NCBI GenBank assembly: GCA_000320545.1
Contig: ADNK01002213.1
Coordinates: 1-33,174, forward strand
DNA: 33,174 bases
Reading direction: 5' to 3'
Origin: Bigelowiella natans CCMP2755
Taxonomy: Eukaryota > Protista > Cercozoa
Position numbers and translations under genes: made by a program. Positions 14,731-24,401 of the stretch are shown in pieces. The notes beneath the pieces are model-generated. The model was not told the DNA's origin. It worked only from the letters and a program-made list of their open reading frames with translations, and did no database searches. Every line of letters starts with the position of its first letter. Position 1 is the stretch's first letter.

Positions 14731-16158
14731 ATGACCCCACCCCTCGTTGTGCTCTTGTCTCTTCTCGCTACTCATGCCTCTGCACGAACCGACGCAAGCG
14801 GCAAGCAGAAAATAAATATCAATGAAATAGGCCCATCTCAGTCGCTGATCGATGACGACAGCGGCTACAGCGAGGTGAATCTGGTGTCCTTCATGGCCAA
14901 TTTGAAGCAAAGCACGAGCAAGCCATCCGCTGAGTGTAAGACCGATTCTCTGCCTGATTTTGGGAAAGCAAGGGAGGAAGAGTCGTATTGCTGCCCTCAT
15001 GTGAACAGTAACTTTGCAATGGAGCAGGAAGCCAGAAGGTTAAACATCGGAAAGCCGAAGAGCGGAAAGGGTGCTATTGTCATTCTTGCCCAAAACAAGA
15101 AGCATGAAGTTTACTACCGTGATTGCATTGGTATGCTGAAGAAGAACCTTGACCTTCTTTACAAGAACTACAACAATAAGCAGAAAGATGACATCATCAT
15201 TCTCCACGAGGGAGACTTTGGACCTGAGGATCAGGAGAAGATTATCGATGGACGCAGAGAAGTCTCTTTCATGACCCTTGACGGAGAGAACTGGGCTCAG
15301 CATCCCGCAAGTGGAATTGGCGACAATGACTGTTGTTGGGCTGGCGTTGAAGGTATTGGGTACCGTAAAATGATGCGCTGGTACGCTATTCGTATCTGGC
15401 CTGCAATGAAGGCTAAGGGTTACAAATATGTTGCTCGCTTCGATGACGACTCGTATCTCCTTAGTGAAATTCCTTACAACCTGTTTGGATTTATGGAACA
15501 TTTTGGTATTAATTATGGTTACCGCAACGTTGCTCGTGAGACCGGTCTTATTTGGCCTCGCCCTGACCAGTACAACTCCTTTATCCGCGACTACAGTCGG
15601 CTGAAGCTGAACGGGTCCTTTGGCTGGCTGCTGGATACTTGCGAACAGAAAACCTCCATCCTCGACTTCACTCGCGAGAATTGCGGTGAGCAATACGGAT
15701 TCTACAACAACTTTTTCATCGCTAACATCGACCGATTCTTGGAGGATGACGTCCAGAGCTTCCTATCAGTCCTGGATAACTCAGGGAACATATTCGTCAA
15801 CAGGTGGAACGACTTGATCATCCAGTCTACCACAGTGCAGCTCCTGTTGAAGAAGCAGAACACGTTTCACTTCACAGGGTGGAGTTACGCTCATAACTCT
15901 GGGTTCAACAGCTCCTTGCACTATGGGATTCTCCAGGTGGGAAAGTTCAACAAGAACCCAGTGCAACACTACTACCAAGTGATGGATAGAGATATGGACT
16001 GGTCAGTTGAGGCGCACCAGCACATGCTGTATATGAACAACGGTATCCTCACCCTCTCGAGCCCTGCTCCTGGAAAGTGCTGCGCTGCCAAGCCCGGTGA
16101 ATATTGGCCACACACCGAAGACAGCGGCATTTTGACACCCAACCCGATGATATGTTAA
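14731..16158 (+). CDS. Glycosyltransferase family 15 (Kre2/Mnt1-like alpha-1,2-mannosyltransferase), intronless, 475 aa
   Basis: Uninterrupted ORF with a hydrophobic N-terminus (MTPPLVVLLSLLATHASA). GT15 blocks occur in order: KGAIVILA, GYRKMMRWY (cf. SYRHMCRF), YKYVARFDDDS, IPYNLFGFME...YGY, FYNNFFI, FLSVLDNSGNIFVNRWND (cf. LD..GGFFYERWGD). Confidence 0.85.
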   Translation: MTPPLVVLLSLLATHASARTDASGKQKININEIGPSQSLIDDDSGYSEVNLVSFMANLKQSTSKPSAECKTDSLPDFGKAREEESYCCPHVNSNFAMEQEARRLNIGKPKSGKGAIVILAQNKKHEVYYRDCIGMLKKNLDLLYKNYNNKQKDDIIILHEGDFGPEDQEKIIDGRREVSFMTLDGENWAQHPASGIGDNDCCWAGVEGIGYRKMMRWYAIRIWPAMKAKGYKYVARFDDDSYLLSEIPYNLFGFMEHFGINYGYRNVARETGLIWPRPDQYNSFIRDYSRLKLNGSFGWLLDTCEQKTSILDFTRENCGEQYGFYNNFFIANIDRFLEDDVQSFLSVLDNSGNIFVNRWNDLIIQSTTVQLLLKKQNTFHFTGWSYAHNSGFNSSLHYGILQVGKFNKNPVQHYYQVMDRDMDWSVEAHQHMLYMNNGILTLSSPAPGKCCAAKPGEYWPHTEDSGILTPNPMIC

Positions 16159-16259
16159 CGCGAAGAAAGGAATACTCCCAAATATCTTTAGAACAATGAT
16201 GCTAATGTAGACATAGTTGTGCACCATTTTATTTCTACTAAAAGTTAGTGTATGCTAGG

Positions 16260-17450
16260 GAATATGTGGTCGTGTGCAATGTGTAGAGCGATGCGCGCTA
16301 CAGTTTAAGATGTTTTTTTAATGTGCAGCAGGTATTTGCAACAAAATTGCATGGTCACATTATATAAGCGTTAATACACCATTCACATGCTTACATGTGT
16401 GTGGCAGACATATGGCTTATATATTGTTGGATGCCTTCTTTGTAGCTGCCGATCAAGGCAGTATTATTATGCGCACGTGATACCGTGTAGCCGCTGTGAC
16501 AGATGTTGCACGCAATAGACCAAGTACGATACATGCTAGTACACACGTGCTGACTCGCTCTCTAACCTTGCATGGCACCGCCCAACATCCATCGTCAGTT
16601 CTTTCGATCGTTGTTGTGTTGGTTCACATGCTATGTGTACGTGGCATACATGTTGGTACATCATGGGCGACTGAACGTGCATGCATTCATCATGTCTATC
16701 ATTGTGAGCAGGGATCGTTGTGTTCCAAGGGTGCAAATGGGTGCAAGCTTCCACCCTGAAGCACTAATTGACATTTGCACCCTCGCGCGTACAATTTTCT
16801 GCAGCTTGCTTTGATTTTGTTTGCTCTCATTCCTCGCTAGAATGATGCTTGTTTGTTAGGCAACATGCGATGCCGGCTGCTACACACTGCAATATTGCAT
16901 GTGCCACAGCACATGCATGTGCATGCATGCAATTATAATTGGTTTTTGACGCGTGAAGTTATGAATGGCCATGTGCATTCTGAAAAGCTTCACATTGATT
17001 GTTAGAATGGGTGCAAGGCAAGTCATACTAGCAGACTAGCAGGGACCAAGTGGTGCTGGCTGGCATATGCGTGTCTAGATGTCTCTGCTACGCTTGCCTG
17101 CTGCACTGCGTGCTCCTCATGCAAACACTTGGTGCGGCTGCATGCGATCCAAGACGCTGATGAGGTGCTCCACTGATGAGCACATGCTCTAGTGCTGGCG
17201 AGCCTTTCGAAAAATCCACCTCCTTGTTCCTTCCGTAGCCTAAAAAGAGCTCGCGTAGTGTAGCACAATGGCTGCATGGCTACATGTACCAGCATGACCA
17301 ATGAAAAAATGTGATCATTTCAAGGCATCCATCTCGCATATGCTAGCATGTGCTACAGTGCCAGCGCACCGGGTACATTGTTTTAGTTATTTTTTGACCT
17401 TGAAAATCGTGCAACAACTACACATGCGAAGTGCACTAATCGGAACTTAA
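16260..17450. other. Degenerate intergenic tract, TGCA/CATG-rich and partly TpA-depleted; possible decayed repeat or gene
   Basis: Runs such as gcacatgcatgtgcatgcatgca at ~16909-16931. In 16981-17282, 11 of 13 TpA are in a CTA or TAG context. Only short Cys/His-rich ORFs are present. Confidence 0.55.
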
Positions 17451-17519
17451 ATTGAAGCGCAATCGAGCAAAACCGAGGCGATTGCCGCATGCGCAATAGC
17501 GCATTGCTTGATTGAAAAA

Positions 17520-19229
17520 TCACTCCGTCCAAGCTTTCCCTGATTTCGCTGCTTGTATTTGAGACATTTTTACCGTTGCATGCCTCTTTATAGGGTTCTC
17601 GGCTGGATCATCGGACAACTCCACAGTTTGAGAACCCATTTCCTGGGCTGTTTCCACACCATCCAAGTTGTCACTTAAGACTGCTTCCCACGTGAGGTAG
17701 AGCCAACCCATGTATCCACAGAAGATGAAAATAAGGTGAAGCACCCCCCAAAAGATAAGTCCGACGGTGATGATAGTTTCGTCAATGTCCTTTGCGTAGT
17801 CAGGTCTGGTTTCTTGCTGTTCGAAAATGATGATAGCCTCTATGATCAGCGCAATGTAGATCATGAAATTGAAGAACATGTAGAGATCCATGAAAGTGAT
17901 GTAAGAGACAGGCGGCAGTTGCGAGGATATGGAATTCCGATAGGAGACCGTTGTTAACAAGAGCACGGTTACATAAAATACTCGAGTTTGGAGTGCTGCT
18001 GCACCCATTTTCAGGGATACAATTGCAAGTGAAGTAATCAAAAATTGAGGTAGGATGACATTAAACAGGAAATAGAGTTGATATCGCTGGACGCGGATCC
18101 CAATGAATACCGCATTTGGGTCTGCGGACAAGCCTTTTGTGCTGTATTTAATGTCGACCCATGGTTCTACGATCATGTACTGAGAAAGCAAAGTTGGTGC
18201 AACAGTCACGTGTACATGCGGGTGGAGCCTCAGTGGAATTTTCCAATTGGGTTTTGGTTTAGAAACCACATTCCAGTCGCCAAAATCGGCAAGGCAATAA
18301 ACTTGTAGTAGCTGGCGATCGTATGGGAAGCGGTGAACCTCCATACTTTCGAAAACCGAAACTGTAAAACGATACGATAGCATCACAACTTTGGTTTGCG
18401 TATTGTAAAAGAACTCCTCCTCAAGCATATTAAAAGATCCCGGCGCCATTTGTTCGAAGAGCTTGTCCGTGTTCACGGGGATAGAATCATCTCGTGTGAA
18501 TCTGACTGGCACACGCTTCGGGTCTCTGTTGTTTTTGCCATCTTTAATCTCGATGGCTGTCCCAGAGTTCAGAAGATCATCATCTTCCCAGAATAGTCGT
18601 AGCTCCCCAATCAAAGCAAATATCTCATTTCGAAGGTCAATATTAGTGACTTGGAGCTTCATTGACATGTAAACCTCGGGTCGCTCCATTATTTCAATAC
18701 CAGCGACTTTTCTCATTTCATCGACCAAGCCGGCAACCACAGTCCAATTTTGTTTTCTTGATCGGACCTCGTCAGGGATGTTGTAGTGCTCTCCTGATTT
18801 CGTGACTACAACATTCGAATTAAGATCGTATTTCACTATTGGTCCTGTCTTCTTGACGTTAGACCCTTCCTTCCATTCCAGGAAATATCCCTCATTTCCC
18901 TTTCCTTCTGCCCGAATTTGCCAATCGTGTGCATCGAGATATGTTTTTGTCTCGTCCTTGTCGCTCTTCTTCTTTGGTACGTATAGGTCACGGTATTGAA
19001 TCACCTTCAGGATGAATCCAACATCTTTGAATCCCCACATATGAAAGTCGCTCTTCTCGAGGAGCCCGAGACAGTAACCGTTGATGTCATTCTCCTTCAC
19101 CAGGCTCAACCATTTGTCGAGTTCAGGGCTCTTCTTCTCCTCAGATTTGAATTTGAGCTCATAGAATTTTAACGTCTCTTCTGAGGTCCATCGAGAATAA
19201 GCAGCGGACTTGTTCAGTGCTGGAGGCAT
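17520..19229 (-). CDS. Cys-less (Pro-loop, GLIC/ELIC-like) pentameric ligand-gated ion channel subunit with N-terminal SAM-like domain, intronless, 569 aa
   Basis: Beta-sandwich domain from aa ~184 (VTNIDLRNEIF, LRLFWED, MEVHRFPYDRQLL with no flanking cysteines). Pre-M1 Arg (VQR), M1 YFLFNVILPQFLITSL, M2 RVFYVTVLLLTTVSY, M2-M3 loop LPPVSYITFMD, M3, and M4 IITVGLIFWGVLHLIFIF. Residues 12-83 fit the SAM pattern (WTSEET...KENDINGYCL..L...DF..WG....G...KVI). Confidence 0.9.
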   Translation of the reverse strand: MPPALNKSAAYSRWTSEETLKFYELKFKSEEKKSPELDKWLSLVKENDINGYCLGLLEKSDFHMWGFKDVGFILKVIQYRDLYVPKKKSDKDETKTYLDAHDWQIRAEGKGNEGYFLEWKEGSNVKKTGPIVKYDLNSNVVVTKSGEHYNIPDEVRSRKQNWTVVAGLVDEMRKVAGIEIMERPEVYMSMKLQVTNIDLRNEIFALIGELRLFWEDDDLLNSGTAIEIKDGKNNRDPKRVPVRFTRDDSIPVNTDKLFEQMAPGSFNMLEEEFFYNTQTKVVMLSYRFTVSVFESMEVHRFPYDRQLLQVYCLADFGDWNVVSKPKPNWKIPLRLHPHVHVTVAPTLLSQYMIVEPWVDIKYSTKGLSADPNAVFIGIRVQRYQLYFLFNVILPQFLITSLAIVSLKMGAAALQTRVFYVTVLLLTTVSYRNSISSQLPPVSYITFMDLYMFFNFMIYIALIIEAIIIFEQQETRPDYAKDIDETIITVGLIFWGVLHLIFIFCGYMGWLYLTWEAVLSDNLDGVETAQEMGSQTVELSDDPAENPIKRHATVKMSQIQAAKSGKAWTE

Positions 19230-19287
19230 GAGTCAGAAACGCAAGAATGAGTATTAGACCTGTACGAGTGTGGTCAGAGCGGTGTGT

Positions 19288-19360
19288 GTACGATCGTACG
19301 ATACGATATCGTCGTGGTGTTACGCCCGGGCGGTTTTATAAATATCGTGCCGTTTCGAAA
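19288..19360. promoter_or_regulatory. Putative promoter of the ion channel gene, with a TATA-like box and short palindromes
   Basis: TTTATAAA at 19335-19342 lies ~110 nt upstream of the ATG at 19229 (-). Perfect palindromes occur at 19288-19299, 19303-19312, 19323-19332 and 19353-19360. Confidence 0.35.
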
Positions 19361-19766
19361 TTTTTAATTTCCCAGGAAAAACGAACTACGACTATCTTTT
19401 TATGAGTTTAAACGAAGGGAAAAGGAAAAAAGCAACATGCGAAATGGAAAAGCTAGATCTATTTGTAGTGCGCAAATCTTCCAGTCGCATACGAGTTACG
19501 AAATGCGAGTGGATATCGACTTTTTCCGGCCCGAAGGTGTTGGCGAACGGTGAACTGCTCCTAGCCTCGAGTCGCAGGGGGTGAATATGCCACTGGGCGC
19601 ATTTTTCAATTTTCCCAGTTCATTTTTTAGAAAAGACATAATCGAAGTCATGTCGTAGTTGTAATAATTTAATTTTCGGAGTTTATCCCGTTATTCTCGA
19701 GCACCGACGAGCAGCGACGAGCAACGGAAAACTTCGCGCACGCCCTCCTCCGAAGGGAGGAAGGCG

Positions 19767-22700
19767 ATGCAGTTGGCCACATCGCGGAGACTTGGGGAGT
19801 GGGTTCTATTTTCAATTGCAATATTTATAATATCTTCGTGCTTAAAGGGCAGTGAGGACGAGCATGCTAAAGTCGTTGTCTTTTCAGACGAAAATGGGTA
19901 CTTCGAGAGCAGCTTGCTAGATCGCATCATCGTTGTCTTTTGTACCATTGTTAACGTGCTGCGCTGCCTAGCCTTCGTCCCCAGTACTTTGTAGAACTCT
20001 AGTTCTACGTTTGTTTTTCTTCTTCTTGATACAAATTCCTCGTGTTATACAAGTGCGAGCGGTGTAACTAAGGCGCCCGAGGCAATGAAGATAGCTGTGA
20101 TGATCTCCGGACAGCAATCACGATTTTCGTATAAAGAGGGACTTGATCTTTTGGCGCCCAAAGCTTTACGTTATCTTTTTGAGGGCGGATTTCGAAAAAT
20201 CGACAATGGCACAGAGATAGGGATAAACAGGGAGGGGAACCAGACTCGCCTACCCTCTCGCCGTGTTCAAATCGATGTATTCGTTACTCTTCAGCAAGGT
20301 CATCACACCACCACGACAGGCCACATCCAGATTCAACAATTTAATATAAAAATTTTATTGTATCATGCAAGGCGATCGTAAATTGGACGGTGTGCGTAAT
20401 GATGGAGAATATATCGATGATGTGTGTCTAATGTATAAAGGTTCCATAGGGGCGAAAAACTGGGCAGGTATATAATAAATATATATACCCATTGCAATGA
20501 TAAAATGTGGACTTTTGATTTGGAACAATTAAAACTTCCAAGCTCAAACAGGATCTTATATGAAAATTAAATTTTGGAACGTCCACTTTCATATAACCCA
20601 AGAGATTAATTTGGGGCGCGATAGCTCTCGACGAATGTGACTCTTTACGCAGCAATTGACGATGATAAAATCGAAATTCCTTCTGTCTGAACTATCCACA
20701 TCGCTACTTAAACACCGTATTTCACCACACTTGCTTTGATGTCACCTTATCGAGACTTGTGCTTTCCTGCTATCAGGAGTGAGGCCCCTCCAACCTCCGT
20801 ATGAAGAGGGTGCCTTTAGCACAGAAACCATCCGGAAGTTCTATATTGGCCATGGGGCGGATTATGTCCAGGTTTGACTTTCTCCCTTTTCACAGCACAT
20901 ACAGATACACACATATAAATGAATCAATAAATAAATAAATTCCCATCGTGGTTGTTTTGAGCACAGGTGTGTTTGTGTTTTGATGCATTTGGCTGTATGT
21001 ACCGCCGGCTTGACTCAGGTCAAACACGTAGCAAGCGAAGAAATAGAGAAGGTATATTCTTCAATCAGACAAATGACGACGCATGAGTGCCCAAGCTTAC
21101 GCCTAAGTGAATGCGTTCCGATGTCATCCCCTCCCCCCCCCCCGCTCTTTCTCCCTTGACCATCTGATGGCAGGATCTGAGCTCGTTCAAAGGAGCTATG
21201 CTGGAGAAACACGGGCAGAAATGGTAGTTTTTGAACACAATTTCCATACAGATAGTAGGCGTTTTTTGACATCACAATGATAGGCTCATCACCATCATCA
21301 TTATCATCATCATCATCGTCATCATAATCATTGTCGTCGTCGTCCCTGCTGCTGCTGCTGCTGCTGCTGCTGTAAAACAAATAATAGGTGGAACACGCAC
21401 ATGGATGCGTCCAAGTTCAATAAATATGGAAACCCGTAAGTAGTAACAGCTCCTCCGCTTTCCCATAAATATGTTTTCTCGTGTTGGTTTTTCGTCGTTC
21501 GATGTGAGTAATGACTCCAAAAGAAAAACTTCAAATTGCGTATTCACTTGCTCTGAATAGTATTGCTGAAATTGAAACAGTACATAGCGGTATGTAGTTG
21601 TGAAACTACTTTTAGGAATGCCGTCTATCTTGCGATTAATTGTAGGTTTCTCGGTTCATATGCAATGTTCTATCTACGGCACCGAGTAGTGTATTTTACG
21701 TTTCGAAGAGAGAGATCATCAACAGCTCACATGAATACCAATACCGTTAATATCTCGTGCATGCGGGGTTGATTTCACGCTTTAGATATGCGCCGTTGCA
21801 TCTAGAACATATGTGATATTGTATTCAAACGCGAGGACGTATTTCAGGCATTCCTGGAGGTCATCCACGGAGAGAGGACTCGAGGGGGAAATTCACAATA
21901 TGATTATGTCTTAACACTACGGGAAGACAACTGCTTCATGAGCGTCATTCGTGAAGGCTACTACGGCAAGCTGGTAGTGTGATTGTCTTTACACTACATG
22001 ATGCAGAACCACGATTTTCTCTTGGAAATATGATAAGGTGTCGGCTCTACTATGGGTAAGTGAGTAGTAGCTGCGTATTCTTGTTTTGTTCAGATTCGTG
22101 ACCTTGAATCATCGGCGGCGAAAATCAACTCCACGCAGCACCAGCAACAGGCACTGCCGCAATTGTTTATCTATATGCAATTTTTAAGAAGATCGTGCAA
22201 ATGTTTGGTATTTTATTATGCTTCTTTGATTTCATCGATTGTTATGGAAGATGACATCGTGACGTTTATTCCTCGATGCAATGACTATTTTTCTTTCGCG
22301 GCGACCCGAACCTCGAAAACTATCTCTTCTGATGCTTTGATTGCAGAGAGCCTTGGTGGTTGACCGTTTTCTTGCGTAGTGGCGGCATGTGCATTCGTCA
22401 TTATTCTCGAAATCCTATCTTTGTCCAACGAGAGAGGCATCGTATAGCACCAACTTTACATTTCTCTTCCACCAAGAACCAGTTCTTAGCTCTCTCGCTT
22501 CCCCTTCAGGTCATCGTAGATCATGTATGCGGAAATGGTGGTCTTTCGGATAAAATCCTCCTCCCCAATCGAATGGCGGCCTCAGTTCTATTTGGAGAAA
22601 ACTATGTAATTTCCACCAAAGAAGATAGGCATCGCGCGCACAAAATATGTCGAGGGAATATCCATCTGTTCAGAAGTTCCAAAAGCTTTGAGCGTCGGCT

Positions 22701-23401
22701 TAGATCGTTGTTGCCCGGTCCTAATTTCAGGCCGCGCATATCCGAAACATGGAGCTGTTCATGATGACTCAATTGCGCTCTGAGGTTTTCTATGCTGCCG
22801 CCATTGGGGGGCATCACGTGCCACGTGGCCAGCTGGACAAGGCATACGGTAACAAACAAGTGATTTTGAGAAACGGAGAGAGACATATCGAAATAGCAGC
22901 ACCAATGCGGAGGCAGCTTCTACTTCACCAACGCACACAAAATTTCATACGAATATTTGCCGTCGAGAGAATTCGGATGTAAGATCGCGAACTCGCGAAT
23001 CGTCACTAGTGGACATTTCCTCCTCCACCTCCTCCTTCTTTACAGAAAGCACACAAACGCATCATTCAGGTCACATGCGGGGGATGACGCGGCCGTTTTT
23101 CCGGATAGACGTTCGTTGGAACGAGTTTAGTCCTGGGGTCATAGGGGTAATGCGCCAATAATCATTGCACATGACTAGTACTGCTCTGATCGGAAAGAAT
23201 GAGAAAATAATGATGACCATTAATGCCGGCGGATTTTGTTTGAATACGAATGAAAAGCCTCGCCCAACAGTTTGCGACGTTTTTAAAAGATGATGAGATA
23301 TTGCTACAAACAAGTAGATGGGAGAAAACCACAATTAATGATTTATGCTATTTCTTCAGCCATGTACTCCACGACAATACTGGTACTGCGTGGTTCGGTA
23401 A
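19767..23401 (+). CDS. Multi-exon type II membrane glycosyltransferase-like protein (KIAVxISGQxR / YDxVxxxRxD family)
   Basis: Exon 1 (19767-19897) carries a signal anchor (WVLFSIAIFIISSCL) and joins in phase 2 to exon 2 (20054-20298, MKIAVMISGQQSRF...IDVFVTL). Later exons encode GVRPLQPPYEEG, FLGSYAMFYLRHR, SQYDYVLTLREDNCF, VDHVCGNGGLSDKILL, FFRIDVRWNEF and PCTPRQYWYCVVR*. The motif order fits a GT-A-like family. The 3' end is tentative. Confidence 0.65.
21286..21372. repeat. (CAT)/(CGT)/(CTG)n trinucleotide tract, intronic in the + strand gene
   Basis: Directly visible; it lies between the predicted exons ending ~21223 and starting ~21388. Confidence 0.9.
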
Positions 23402-23899
23402 ATATAAACAGCAGTTGATAGAAAAATAGCACATATGCTGGACTTTTTGCACCTTCAGATCTTTATGTGCATTTTTGTTTCCTGATATCGTGAGATGCAT
23501 GTGATTTTGATAATGAAGTTTGGCGTAACATCTGTTGTTACGTTTTCCCGCTTATCCTCAAAATCATACGTATTTTTAGGATCATATTTCTATCCATAAA
23601 CAAAAACTTGATGTGTTGCATTATTCTATAACGGCACATATTTCAATGTCAATTTCTCGGGCATAAATTTGCAACATATAGACTTTGATTCCATTGTGTT
23701 CAATGGTCTGGTCTAATTTGTAATTGCAGACACAGTGATGTTGTGTTTATGATCTCAATTGATCTTTCAGATATCCTTACTCAAGCAATCGTGCGGAAAA
23801 TCGTCGTGTGATGCATGAAACATTTCAGGCCATGCACATGAGAATGTGTCCGAAATGATGGCACAGAAATTATTGGATCATTCTAGCATTCATTATCAG

Positions 23900-24363
23900 T
23901 GAGTGTCATGATCAGAAAGAACCCACGCAATTGATGGCAAGTGCATCTACATCGAAGCCTGCATGGCAGCATGTTGCTCACAGCTACAATCTGGACAATG
24001 CGGCGCAGCCATTCCAGCATTGCACATCATTCTTCGCATGCACGCAAACAGAGCTGCATTCGTTTTTGGCACGTCGCACAATTTTGTGCACTGTGATCGA
24101 AATTGCACTGCAAAAAAGCACTCTGCAGATTTGTGCTTCATCGCAAACGTGCGCGAGGAGCATTGTCACTTGTTCGTTCACACATGCGTGCCAGCGTGCC
24201 CGCTGCGTGTCGATGCACGTGTCTGAGCTCGTGCACAAGCTAGTCCTGCTGGTGTGCACTGGCCACACAGCTGACCTGTGCCAAACCTGTGCACACATGT
24301 CATTGCATCACTTTTGTGTTGCACGTTCAGATGGTCTGCGGTCCACTTTCAGGACTTTCCCAC

Positions 24364-24401
<38 letters not shown>

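Noticed and set aside
15040-15693. 217-aa antisense ORF
   Set aside because: It lies wholly opposite the GT15 ORF, has no recognisable motif and is a typical antisense shadow.
14600-19700. Endogenous virus, virophage or autonomous transposon
   Set aside because: No capsid, integrase, transposase, reverse transcriptase or packaging ATPase motifs, and no terminal repeats seen.
20299-20776. Long AT-rich intron as a possible MITE insertion
   Set aside because: No terminal inverted repeats or target-site duplication could be found by eye.
21015-21547. Poly-Asp/Ser/Gln/Ala ORFs on the minus strand
   Set aside because: These are translations of an intronic trinucleotide tract within the + strand gene.
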